A stretch of 64,000 nt of DNA from Octopus sinensis. Lineage: Eukaryota. Positions 49,825-61,881 of this stretch are shown here, piece by piece. The number at the start of each line of letters is the position of its first letter. The stretch's first letter is position 1. The stretch covers positions 61,938,001 to 62,002,000 of the forward strand of contig NC_043009.1 in the NCBI RefSeq assembly GCF_006345805.1, given 5' to 3'. The position numbers and the translations under genes were made by a program. The notes beneath the pieces are model-generated. The model saw only the letters and a list, made by a program, of their open reading frames with translations, had not been told where the DNA came from and made no database searches.

Positions 49825-50759
49825 CATTATTATTTTTAGTAATTACTGTGGCTTTTATTTAATTTCTCTAATTTACTACTTTCAATTCTATTCTTTCCTT
49901 GATTCCATCACTAATCTAGAGAAATTGCTAATCTTTTCTTTTCTTTTTTTTTTTTTCTACTAAAAAAAACGAAAATATTGCCTAAATGCAGCATGCTGTG
50001 ACTTTGGTGTCTTTTGTCTAAGATTTCAGCAACAAAAATTACTAAAATGCTTCATAACTCTACCAAACACAATGAAGACAGTGTGGTTTATTTGGCGTGG
50101 CACTTCTTTTGTTTCATTTGCTTCAAAGTATCATGATATTTTCTTACATATTCTAAAATATATTTTATTTTTCTTGGAAATTTATTAAAAAAAATAAATA
50201 AATAAATAAAATAAATAAAAATAAAATAACTTCTGTTTGCAATCACAGAACAAAAGCCTTGTGTTCAAATATGCCAAAACTACATTCAGCAGTGAAAATA
50301 TATTCTAGTGCCAATACCAAGTATTACTCAACAGTGATTTCATATAAAAAGAATACATTATAAATATACTTAGAAACCCCATATAACTCCCCAAACTGCA
50401 ACAGGTCACATGTTTCTTTTACTAACAGGTCGTCTTTCTTTTCTGATCATTAAATGTGAAACTGAAGAAGCCAGCTCTGTATTTCCTGATGATTAGAAAT
50501 GTTGGTTTTAAGTATGTCTGTATTGTCTTTTTTTTTATTTTCCAAATGAAATCCTTTTAAGTTCTACTTTGTAGTGGTGTCTAGAATATCTATATTCACT
50601 GTACGTTTGGCCTAAATTGACACGACCTTTGTTGTAGGATTGCAACCTCGTTACCAAAGATACCTGATAGAAAAGTAAAGCAAAATGTCTTGAAGATTTT
50701 TATGATCCAAGATATTTGTGAGCCAAAAGAAAGAATGAGCAAAATTTCTTGTATTCTAG

Positions 50760-50852
50760 GCTGTGGAACCATTTGGGGGGATGACTTCCATTGGCAACAA
50801 CCCTGAGACTGATGCCAACTCCCAGCAAAATGCAGTTTGGAAAAGAACTACT
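50760..50852 (+). CDS. MIB1: Candidate alternative cassette exon of MIB1 (93 nt, 31 aa, phase 0-0)
   Basis: tttcttgtattctag| acceptor and ACT|gtaagg donor; open in the MIB1 frame (AVEPFGGMTSIGNNPETDANSQQNAVWKRTT); length is a multiple of 3; flanks lack recognisable TEs. No transcript evidence available. Confidence 0.5.
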
Positions 50853-53359
50853 GTAAGGGTTTATTTTCTGCACCACAGTCACTGCCAGCTGCTGCTGCTG
50901 CTGCCGTCTTTGCTTTTTTGCTTTCTTTGTCTCCATTTTCTCCTCTCTCTCTCTCTCTCCATCTCCATCATCTTCCATCTTATGCCCTGCCATACAACCC
51001 CCTCTTTTCATCATCTCTTACCACCTCCAGTTTATTGATGGTCTGCTACTTCAACTATTGTCTTACTAACTGTACTGGCACTTGGTCTGTTGCAGTAGCA
51101 CCCGGTATGCTGTCATCGTCGTTGTTGTCGTTGTTGTTGTTGTTGTTGCAGCTACTGTAGTAGCACCTAGTCTGTTGTTACTGTCGTGGTAGCAACTGCT
51201 CTGTTGCCACTGAGGTAGCCATAATTGGTCTGCCAACAGATCACCTACATCTTTCATTGCAGCTGTTACAGTTACTACAGCGACTGCAGCCATACCTGGT
51301 CTGTTGCAGCTCTTACAGCTAACCTGGCCTGTTGTTGTAACTGCTGCTGCTGCTGCACTACCACTTGTGTTTTTTTATTTGAAAGCTTTCCTTATTCTTG
51401 TTCACCCTCCCGTCTCCTCAATTGTAAACACTGCAGTTTTACTTGAACCGTCCACAACTATATTAACCACCCCAACACTACTATCACTGTTTGAAGTCTT
51501 TTTAAAAACATTTCCATTTGTTTTTCTAATTAATTAGTCAGAGGGAGAGGAATAGTGTCCATAAGGCAGGCCATCTCCCTTGTGAAATGGATAAGGTCAA
51601 TGTTCAGATTGAACTTTGGTAGGTGAGGATAGAAGAGAATAAAGAGTTTAATATAAGATTTGAGTGAAGGAGAGAGAGACAGTTGTGTCAGCTGTGCTGG
51701 GGCAGATGATGTATAAAGTGAACGAGTTCAGAAGAGAAAAGGCTCTTTTAGGGGCAATGGAAGAAGCTGAGGGAGGTTACAACAGGTTTGTGAGTCAGTG
51801 GTCAAAGCATATTGACACATGATTCTTTTAATTCATTTGAGTTCAGTCGGTTGAATGTCTTTTTGGATGTGGTCGAGGATATTTTTGTATGTTGTCACCA
51901 ATATGGAAGCAGAACTATTTTGTGGGTTCCTTGTGCACTTTGTAGAGGTTCGGCAACTGATCAGGATGGAAATGTTTCTTGCCACAAAGAGGAAACTTAG
52001 TTTGGGATACAGTTTCAACAATGAAGCCTGTTTAGCTCCAGCCCAGCCCTGATCTGGCAGATCAAACATACTCTATCTGATTATCCCGACTACATTATCC
52101 AGTGTCTTCCACTTTGAAGACAGCAAGGGTATGATTTGACTATTGTTTTCAACACTCGTGTTCTTGGAGAAAATGGAAGGTCTGGTATGTTGTACTTATG
52201 TCTGGATGATAGTTGTGTGAAAAACATTAAGGAGAAGTATTGAATGGATTCATCTGCATAGGAATATGTTGGTTAGAAGTGACAGCAATTGGCTTAATGT
52301 ACAGAAACAAGAGTGCAAGAGACATTACTGAACTTTGGGGTACACCAGAGTTGAAAGACTGTGGGCCAGAGAGAAGTAAGCTTGTTGGCACATAATGTAC
52401 TTGTGTTGTTTAATAAAAAGCTTCTGGTTTAGGAAATGTGTGGTTATGAGAGCCCAAAGGTGGTCAGTTTAGTCAAATAGGCTTTTCATTCTCGAGAGTG
52501 AGACCATTGGTATGTAACATAGCACAGTAAGCTCTGGTAGATCTGGTTTAACTAGAGACTTTATTGGTAGTCATTGAGAATAGGGAGAGAGCGAGAGAGA
52601 GAGAGAGAGACTGCAGCTGATGAAAACAGTTGTTCACTACGGCTTCTACAAACCTTGAAACGTTGGAAGTGAGAGTGATAGATTGGTTGTTGGTTGGAAC
52701 CTCATATTGCTGGCTGTTCCTTTTGGGAAGGGAACACTTCTTTTACTTAATTGTACTTAAAATATTTTCTAAAATTTTATTTGTTTATTTGTAATTATTG
52801 TTTGTTGTATTAAAGTTTTACTAAATTCATTAAATCCCCAAAACAGACCAGGTGATTAATAATTCATATTATAATTCTGAATAATTTAGGTATATTTACT
52901 ATATGCAGTCAATTTGTTTAATTGTACATCATTTGCTGTTGCTATTTCATCACTCTGAACTTAGTTTTCATATTGTCTTATAGTACTATCAGATTCTGTC
53001 CATTAGTTTGCCTGCAATCATTACTCTTGAGCTGTATATGCGACTATTTTATTTTTTGCTTAGGAGTCCAGGTGGAGGGTAAAGTTAGACACAAGGGCCC
53101 AGGTCTGAGAGGGTTAAGTTTAGCAAATATAGTGGTTAATTATAAAACCAATATCACACTTACTTGATTATATTTATCAGCAGAGTATGAGCTCAACAAA
53201 ATAGCGTTTATTGTATGATGTTGATCAGACTATAAAATGTTGGCCTCACAAAAAAAAAAAAAAGTGGTGTGAAGCATAGTGAGATGTGTCCAAAGTTTAC
53301 ATCTTTTTATGTAACTGTCCATGGAGTTTAGGTTACAATAAAACAGTGTTGATGAATAT

Positions 53360-53987
53360 CAGTTTCATATTTTGGCACAAGGCCTGCAAGTTTCAGGGAG
53401 TGGGGTAAATCGATTACATTGACCCGAGTGCTCAACTGGTACTTGTTTTTATTGACCCTGAAAGAATGAAAAGTAAAGTCAATCTTGGCAGAATTTGAAC
53501 TCAGAATGTAAAAATGGATGGAATACCTATTTCTTTACTAGCCACAAGGGGCTAAACACAGAGGGGACAAACAAGGACAGACAAATGGATTAAGTCGATT
53601 ATATTGGCCCCAGTGCGTAACTGGTACTTATTTAATCAACCTCGAAAGGATGAAAGGCAAAGTCGACCTTGGTGGAATTCGAACTCAGAATGTAGCGGCA
53701 GACAAAATACCGCAAACCATTTCGCCCAGCATGCTAATGTTTCTGTCAGCTCGCTGCCTTTCCTCTTTAATACAGTAGGGTTCGCCACCACCTCCTGCTG
53801 GAGCCTCATGGAGCTTTAGGCGTTTTTGCTCAATAAACATTCACAACGCCTGGTCTGAGAATCGAAACCGCGATCCTACGACCGCGAGTCCGCTGCCCTA
53901 ACCACTGGGCCATAGCATCTCCACTGGATGGAATACCGCTAAGCATTTTGCCCGGCTTGTTAATAATTCTGCCAGCTCACTGCCTTA
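53360..53987 (-). mobile_element. tRNA-derived SINE hosting a nested insertion
   Basis: Head at 53987 (GGCAGTGAGCTGGCAGAATT) runs to 53925, resumes at 53527 and continues to 53360. Confidence 0.8.
53528..53924 (-). mobile_element. Dimeric (two-headed) tRNA SINE with a perfect 13-bp TSD
   Basis: TSD TGGATGGAATACC at 53515-53527 and 53925-53937; head 1 TGGCCCAGTGG...GGTTTCGATTC; head 2 from ~53759 with GAGTTCGAATTCC. Confidence 0.85.
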
Positions 53988-54624
53988 GAGTGTCCACAAA
54001 TATTAGTCATGTTAGATGTTCTAAGAATACATAAGTTCTTCCAACGAAATTGGTTCAATCACGTTGTGATAATCTTTGTGAAATATGTAACATGATGTCT
54101 GTTGTAGAAATGTAATTAAAGGTCTCTTTGGTTAGTACAAGCAACAGTATAATCTGTATCTGTAACAGACACTGATTCTTAGTCTTATGTACTGAAAACT
54201 GGTAGGATTATTGGATGTAATGTGCTAGTGACTTCATTATAACATGGCTTTCTGTAAATCTAGTCAGTAGAGAAATGGGAAGAGTTAATCTATACTTTTT
54301 TAATCTTGGGAGGGTCATTATGCTAATTATAAACACATGCACTGGTTCTGTTTCTCTTCTTTAATTAGTCTATTTGTTAACACTTAACCAGTTAACTAAT
54401 CGATTGTTTGAATAATGGTTCAGTCAAGCTATCAATCAGCTATGTTTGTCAAAGTTCTTTCATCACTGTTTGTGACCTTATCAATGACTTACCCTCTTTA
54501 CTAGGGGTCTGCTTCACATGGAACAGCTTGGACAAACCTTGCTGTAAATATTTGACACACAATAAGCAACAGTTCGACAAATCACTGTCTGTTATTCTTT
54601 TATGTATAGCTCAACTAGTGCACA

Positions 54625-54940
54625 CACACGTATCACTGTATTGACCAGGCTGTCAGAGGTTATATGTCACTGGTCACAATGCACTTCCAATTCTTTCTTG
54701 ATTGTGCCATTCTTTTCCATTTTGGCCCAAATCGTTTAACTGAATCATCTTCCCATAACCATGGAGGCTTTCTGAGTGGCCCTTTCCAACCTCTTGGATA
54801 CCACTCTGCTGCTGCATGGGTCCACCTGTTGTCTATGAACCTTGCAATATGTCCAGCCTAGCAGAATATATGCTTTCAGTATTCTGTGATTACGTTATTC
54901 ACCCTGCTCTGTTCTCATATACCTTTTGCCTATATGCGGT
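54625..54940 (-). mobile_element. RTE-1-like LINE 3' end (second RTE lineage)
   Basis: AGHIARFIDNRWTHAAAEWYPRGWKGPLRKPPWLWEDDSVKRFGPKWKRMAQSRKNWK on the minus strand, then a short tail shared with CORE SINEs. Confidence 0.78.
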
Positions 54941-54994
54941 GCATCAGCATGGCCACAGCTCTGAGCTGAAACAATAAAAAAATATATATATATA

Positions 54995-55450
54995 TGTATG
55001 AAATAATATCATTATGGAGGCAACACGGGTGGAGTCTAAAAGAACATAATAGAAACACGCATCCAGAACTTATATAAATTTATATATTCCCTATAAAATG
55101 GACATAAAATTCCCAAATACACAAATATATATAAATAGACAATATCAATGCAATGCATAAAATACGATTGAATTTAAATAAAAACGATTGAATTTAAGAA
55201 AATATCATTTGTAATTACATTTAAAATCGTACATTGTATGATGAAATTAAAAAATTTAACTTGAAAGGAGCAAGTATTAAAGACAAATTAAAACCTACGA
55301 AAGAAAAATACAAACATCACATCTATGGGCCGTTTCAGAGATGTGCCAAGGAATATGACATATGAAATATGACATATTTCATATTATCAATCAAGGCACT
55401 CCCTTCATTTGGATGTTACACTAAGTTCATAAATACATCTACATACCAGG
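54995..55450 (-). mobile_element. Probable Penelope-like terminal repeat between TA runs, with a decayed hammerhead-like motif
   Basis: Minus strand 55415-55321: CATC-CAAATGA-AGGGAGTGCC...GGCACATCTCT-GAAA-CGGCC...GATG. Confidence 0.4.
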
Positions 55451-55479
55451 CCATATATATATATATTATGATAATACAG

Positions 55480-55851
55480 CCTGATTGGCACTCGTGCCAG
55501 TGGAACATTAAAAGCACAACTGAGCATGATCGTTGCCAGGGCCACTGATTGGCTCCCGTGCCGGTGGCACATGAAAAGCACCATTTGAGCGTGATCATTG
55601 CCAGTGCTGCTGAACTGGCTCCCATGTAGGTAGCATGTAAAAAACACCTTTTGAGCATGGTCCTGACTGGCCCTTGTGCCAGTGTCATGTAAAAAGCACC
55701 CACTACACTCTCGGAGTGGTTGGTGTTAGGAAGAGCATCGCTGTAGAAACCTTGCCAGATCAGATTGACTCTGGTGCAGTCTCTGGCTCACCAGTCCTCA
55801 GTCAAACCATCCAACCCATGCCAGCATGGAAAGTGGACATTAAATGATGAT
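55480..55851 (+). mobile_element. RTE LINE 3' end with ~60-bp tandem units
   Basis: Four GTGCC-GTGGCA...AAAAGCAC units, GGAGTGGTTGGTGTTAGG, CCATGCCAGCATGG and a GAT tail. Confidence 0.78.
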
Positions 55852-56129
55852 TAAAGTGATAAAGTTAATGTCTGGTCATAGAGTAACCAATGGTTTCACA
55901 TCCATGGAAACTGTAGTTTTGTGGACGACTCACCAGACTCTCGTCAGAAGACAAAATTCTTCACCTCTTGGAGGTGGAAAGTTGTTATGGTCATTGGTCA
56001 AAGAGCATCAGAGAATAAAAGGTCTGGTGATGGTGAGGACAGGTTATCTCCACTAGACCAGCTGTTTGGAGAAGGGAATAAGGGATGTATCCTTTCTAAT
56101 GGATTGTAAGGACTCTTCTGAGCTTAGTC

Positions 56130-56960
56130 AGTGGACGGGGAACCCCATGTTTGCAGCAGGTAGCGCTTGAAATGGAGGCATGGTGTGAAGATTTCTTGGT
56201 GAGTATCCAGCAACCCAGGTTTTAGGGAGTCTTTAAATATCCTAGTTTGCTCAGCTATATGCAACTTGTAGCATCCACTCCTGTTGATGTAGGCACCCAG
56301 CCATTCTAAGATCTTCCACTTGATATCGTATGGTGCCCCTTGATCTTTGAGGTGTCATGCATAGCTGGCCAGGGATATGGCAAATCGTCTTTCTGGGACC
56401 CTGAATGAGGACCTGTATTTGTATAAGCATTGCTTGAAAGCCATATTGGCTGATCCAATGTATTTCCAGGCTTGGGTGTTGGCTGTGTTCACATTACTGG
56501 TGCATCCTACCAGTTCACACAGCTGTGCTAATTTTCTGATTTCCTTCTCTAAATCTAATGTTTTTTGGGGTTTTCATTTACTAGTCCCTTAGAATAATTT
56601 TTTCCCATTTGTCTTGCTCCAGACTCATTTGGATATTGCTGCCGAATCTGTGTGATATTCAGGATATATTGCTTGGGGTGTAGTAGATAGTAAGGAGTTC
56701 TGTATGGTTGCACAGACATGTATGGAGTTTTGCATAATAACAAGGGACTTTATGTGGTTTTGTGTTGTAATGAGGATACTGGAATTGGCAGTTTTTCATT
56801 ATTTCTATATTCTCGTGGACAGTAGACAAGGAAAAACCTTTTCCAATTATGCTTATCTTCAGTGAAGTGTGTGGGAGACCAGGTGACATTGGAAACGATA
56901 TTTTTCCTTAGGCTGGGTGGCCGGTGCAGTTGGTGGTGTTGCCGATGCAATTAATCAATG
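56130..56960 (-). mobile_element. Penelope-like element 3' part with a decayed GIY-YIG endonuclease (Naiad/Chlamys-like signature)
   Basis: Minus strand: KYIGSANMAFKQCLYKYRSSFRVPERRFAISLASYA*HLKDQGAPYDIKWKILEW...CYKLHIAEQTRI...LLDTHQEIFTPCLHFKRYLL. Confidence 0.7.
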
Positions 56961-57854
56961 TGCATGTGGTGCAACAATGTTTTTATACAACACCTACACC
57001 CCAGGTGTTTATTATTAGTTGCACCGATGTACTAGAAAACAAGATAGAAAACAAGATAGTTTCATGTCTAACTGACCCTGATGCTGCTGCTATTGATGAT
57101 GATGATGGTGATGATGCTATGATGACTCATGGATGAATTGGTTGGTTGGAGAGTGGGAGAGGAAGTGGTTTATGGCAAACATCTGTTTTTTATTGATGAC
57201 AGTCTCTGTGTGTTTGTGTATGCGTGTGTGTGTGTGTGAGAGATGAACAGTGGGGGTGGGGGTGGGGACTGACAGGGCATTGTGACATGGGCATTTAATG
57301 AAAAGATGCTAAAAATACACACGTAGACAGGCAAGAAGAATGGAATGCAGCAGAGGATGTTAGAACTTGATGAGTCTGGCAGTAGAGACATCCACACGTT
57401 TGTTGTTTATCTCTCGGCCAGTCTTGATCCAGAAAACCTGCAATTGAAGACATGGCCATCCAGGAATACGTTAGCGAATACCCAATGTATCTTTTCGTCT
57501 CTTAAAGTGAATACGATGTCATTTGAGGAAAATTTGGCTGCTGTTTCTAGTATTGTGCATGATGGTGGTATAGCAGATGCATTCACTTGTGTAGTTGTTT
57601 TTGTTAGTTACTTATGAAGTGAGGTGTTGAGGATGTTTGGAGAAGGATGGTGGTGGAGTTGTAACTAAGGTGGATCTGTTAGTTGGATAAATGTCAAGTT
57701 GTTAGAAGTGGGGGTTAGTGGTGGGGGTGGTAGCTAAACCTTGAGAAATTAGTGCTCACTGTTGCATCAGTAAAGTTTAAAAATATGTCTGGAGACTGGG
57801 GACATGAAGTTGTTCAGTGCACAACATCTGTGAAGTCTTGAACAACTCTGCTGT

Positions 57855-58215
57855 GATGGTGGTGGTGGTGATGATGGGCTGATGATGGTAATGGCAATGG
57901 TGGTGGTGGTGTTGATAGTGGTGATGATGGTAGTCATGGTGATGATGATGGTAATGGCAGTGGTGGTGGTGCTGCTGCTGATAGTGATGATGGTGGTGGT
58001 GGGGATGCTGGTAGTGGTGGTGGCGGTGGTGATGATTGTATGATGGTGTGACTGATGATCATGATGTTATGATGGTGGTGATATGATGATGATGATGGTG
58101 ATGGTGGTGGAAACGATTATATGCTGATGGTATTGCAATGTTGATGATGAGATGATGGTAATGGTTGTTAAGATGATATGATAAAGATTGGTGATGATGA
58201 TGATGATGATGATAC
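57855..58215. repeat. Compound (GGT)n/(GAT)n trinucleotide tract
   Basis: Directly visible; similar (ACC)n tracts at 10190-10350 and 17800-17975. Confidence 0.9.
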
Positions 58216-58260
58216 TGAAGGTGATAACAACAAATCTTGTTTTTTTTTTGTTTTTTTTTA

Positions 58261-58453
58261 TGTATTTTCTGGCATACAAGTCAAATTCTTCAGACCAAAA
58301 TTTACATCCGAAAAAGGTAGGTCAACTTATACACAAAGATGATTTTGGAGAACCAAAAGTTCCATGTAAAATGCAGCAAAATTTGGGAAGATAATGATGA
58401 TGTTTGAATGTTTACACTATATACAACATTGATTTGTATGCTGGAAAATACAG
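58261..58453. mobile_element. pogo/Tigger-like MITE
   Basis: TA-flanked TIRs TGTATTTTCTGGCATACAAGTCAA / TTGATTTGTATGCTGGAAAATACAG. Confidence 0.7.
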
Positions 58454-58879
58454 TAATGGTTTCAGTGTCCTCTAAGATATATCTATGGATATCTTGTAAA
58501 TAAAAGATATGTTTGTTAGTCAGTCTGTATGCCTGTTTGCCTGTATATCACAGATGAAAGGTGCATGGCCTTGTGGTTAGTGTGTTGGGCTTATGATCAC
58601 ATGCTCATGGGTTCAATTCCTAAACTGAGTGGCCCATTGTGTCTTTGAGCAAGGCACTTCATTCCACATTACTCCATTCCATTCTGCTGAAATGAATACC
58701 AGCTGAGTGTTGGTGCAGGCCCTTTTCCTTTCCAGCTGTCGCATCTGTGGACATTTCACTGAATCAAGAATGGGAGGGCTGAGTGGGTATCTACGTTCTT
58801 GGCTACATAAATACTTAAAGCAATTAGCAAAAACACGGTTGTTTCAAAAGTTTGGTAGCCAGATTAAGCATGGGTTGGA

Positions 58880-60615
58880 GACAGTTCTGGGAGCTGCTAC
58901 CATGGCTGGCAACAAAGGTGTTTTTTGCCTCTGCCGAATGAAGGCAGATTGTACGATGCTTGTGTTGGAACTGCAATGCTGCATGGCACTGAGACATGGG
59001 CCTCGAACGTAGAGGACTTCAGAAGACTGGAAAGAAATGAAGCGAGCATGCTCTGTTGGATGTGCAGTGTGGGTGGGCATGAAAGAATTAGTATGAAGGT
59101 GCTGAGTGCAAAAAAACAGGATATAAGAGGAATCACATGTGTTCAAGGTGGAGGTACATGGCCTAGTGTTTAGAGCAGTGGACTCGCGGTTTAAGGATCG
59201 CAGGTTCGAATCCGAGACCAGGCGATGTGTGTGTTTACGAGCGAAAACACCTAAGCTCCATGCGGCTCTGGCAGAAGGTAATGGCGAACTTCTGCTGACT
59301 CTTTCGCCACAACTTTCTCTCACTCTTTCTTCTTGCATCTTGCAGCTCACCTGTGATGGACCGGCGTCCCGTCCAGGTGGGGAACCTATACGCCAAGGAA
59401 ACCGGGAAACCGGCCCTTATGAGCCAGGGATGGCTCAAGAAGGAACAAATAACAACATATGTTCAAGAAAGAAGACTGTGTTGGCATTGAGATGTGATGT
59501 GTATGGATGAGGACAGCTGTATAAAGAAGTGTCAGTCACTGATTGTGAATGAAGCTTGCAGAAGAGAGAGATCCAGGAAGTCATGGAACAAAGTGGTGAA
59601 GACTGACCTCAGAACCCTGACCCTTACAGAGGGGACAAAGGCTCAGGACGTCTGGCAATACATGGTTCTCAAGATGACCTGCTCTTTATGACAAAACTGG
59701 AAGCTGTATGCATCTATGTGCTCAAACGGGTACTTCACCCAATCTCCTCCTTGTCTCCTTCCCCTCTACCATCTCTCCCACTGCAACTCCTCCTTGATAC
59801 CACTTTCTCTTTCTCTTGCTACCCAGAACCATTTCACTCATTTGCCCTTCTTTATCCATTTGTCCTCTACACATCCACACATTACAAGGATCATCCTCCC
59901 CCACTGGACTACCAAATTATCTCCCCCTCCCTTCATGCACTGCACTCTTTCCCTTTCCTGAACCCTATGTCATTCTCTTTCTCTCTCTCATCCTCTCCCT
60001 GTCAACTCTATCATCATTACTATCCTGTTGCTGCTGCTCTTCTCTATTCTCCTTTTACGTCCCCCTGTCTCCCCTAACTTATCCACCATTAACCATACTG
60101 GCCTACCCACATATTCATCACTCCCTCCATCCACCCGTCAGCCCTTCCCAATCTTTACAGATTTTCGTTTACCTCCCATTTTCCCTCTCTTGCACCCCCA
60201 ACTCCTCCCACACTCTTACAAACCCCAACCTACCCACACTCCTAGTTTCTTTGTCCCCCACTCCCGCTCACCTTGAGGTACACCTGGACACCTCATCACC
60301 ACCACTCTCTATCTCTTTGCAGCTATTACTGATTCATTCCTTTTCAGCAAGGACCTGTTCTACCCCACCCCGTTTCTCTCATACCTTAGCACTAATTTCC
60401 TTGCTTAAATCCGCACCCCTCCCCTCAAACTTTGTAGTCTTGTGAGCTGTTTGTGCTGATTGGCATGGAAAAAGCCCCCAGTATGGGCTGTAAAGTGGTT
60501 GGCATGAGGAAGGGCATTCATAGAAACTATACTGAAGCTGATACTGGAGTGCAGTGCAGTCCCTAGACCCATCAGATCCTGTCAAACTGTCCAACGTATT
60601 CCAGTATGGAACATT
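58880..60615 (+). mobile_element. RTE LINE 3' portion: ORF end, pyrimidine-rich UTR, conserved tail; preceded by a CORE-SINE head at 58555-58705
   Basis: GRLYDACVGTAMLHGTETWASNVEDFRRLERNEASMLCWMC, then MDEDSCIKKC...RSRKSWNKVVKTDLRTL...DVWQYMVLKMT*, then GTGGTTGGCATGAGGAAGGGCAT at 60495. Confidence 0.8.
59148..59454 (+). mobile_element. Young tRNA-derived SINE inserted in the RTE ORF, 13-bp TSD
   Basis: TSD ACAT(G/A)TGTTCAAG at 59135-59147 and 59455-59467; A-box TGGCCTAGTGTT, B-box GGTTCGAATCC; (AAC) tail; same head as 53924-53780. Confidence 0.85.
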
Positions 60616-61005
60616 ACACTTATATCCTGAAGAAGGACAATGTTTATAATGTCTTAATTAACTTTTTCCACTTCTCTGAGCGTGAAACTAACAATTTTGA
60701 TCAAACCTATCCTTCCTTGTTTCTTTTCCTTTTCATTCTGTATATCATCATCATCATCATCATCATAATGTTCACTTTTCCATCCTTGCATGGATCAAGT
60801 AAATAATTTTATTGAAGCAGAATTTTTAATCACCAGATGCTCTTTGACTTGTTTCAAAGCAAGGTAATATTTGATGATGATGATGATGATGGATATAGAT
60901 AATTATTGTGAAAATTGTATTTTTCATCATCTGGGTTGGTGTGAATGACTTGTGAGTTGGTCATAACTTGCTTACGTTTTGTTTATTAGTATATTACATA
61001 TTCAA

Positions 61006-61135
61006 CCTTCAGCACACTTTGGCACATCATGACGCCGTACAAGTTTTCTCCCTTGTAAGCTCCAGGCACATTATGTTGCATTGACAGAAGAGAAAACTTG
61101 TACGGCAACACGATTCGTCTACAACATGCTAAAGG
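61006..61135. mobile_element. 130-bp piggyBac-like MITE with internal inverted repeats
   Basis: TCAA|CCTTCAGCA...TGCTAAAGG|TTAA; perfect 17-bp internal IR GCCGTACAAGTTTTCTC (61034-61050 and 61090-61106). Confidence 0.7.
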
Positions 61136-61881
61136 TTAAATTGAATTATGATTATTTATGTGTTTTAGTTTTTGTTGAGTGTGCTGATGAGTGGAAGGAA
61201 CATGGGCCTTTAATGATTGGGTACAAACATTCGGTTTATATGTTTCCAAACAGCATTGAATTTTTGCTAAGGCAGTTTGATGCCCCTGAAAGCTGTGATT
61301 ATGCCTTAAGTGTTGAAATCATGTTGCTATCTGTTCGGCGGCTGATGAGGGAAATTTCTGGTTGGGCTAAATTGGATTTTGTTCTTTCATTATTGTTTCT
61401 GCTTATCATTCTGCTTTGTTTGGTGTTTTTTTTTTGTTATTATTTTGGTGTTCTTGATAGGGATTATGTAGATTCTTAAGTCCTTTCTGTTTCTGTGTGG
61501 AGTTAGATATGGGGATTAGATATAATTTCATTCATGTGATTTGAAAATATAGCTTAGCACGGTCAAATTACTGTTTATAAGGTGAATATGAAGCACACAC
61601 AAACACACATGGCACATGTGCTTTCTATCTGTAGAGTGGTGGGGTTACCTTAATCAGCTAACCCTGTCAAGGGATTATGCTAACTATCTATGCCAGGAAG
61701 ACTGAGGGACACACACATACACACACATGTATCTGAGACATTTATATAGCAAGACACATCACCCACCCCAACCAACATCAACACACCCCCACTTCCCACA
61801 TTGCATACATATAAACAAGTAATATGTCTGATTGGAAACTAAAGTGATATTGTTTCTATTTCTTTATTGTTATCGTTGCAG

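Noticed and set aside
56350-56362. In-frame TGA in the PLE endonuclease as possible selenocysteine
   Set aside because: It falls at a position usually Trp (TGG>TGA) in a copy with other decay, including lost Cys residues; no SECIS recognised.
59148-59225. tRNA-like sequences with A and B boxes (also 53850-53924, 63505-63580, 22515-22575)
   Set aside because: No complete cloverleaf; most continue into a recognisable SINE body, some with TSDs. Not tRNA genes.
61081-61479. 132-aa ORF with a hydrophobic C-terminus
   Set aside because: Starts at TTG inside a MITE; the hydrophobic tail comes from T-rich sequence; no recognisable homology.
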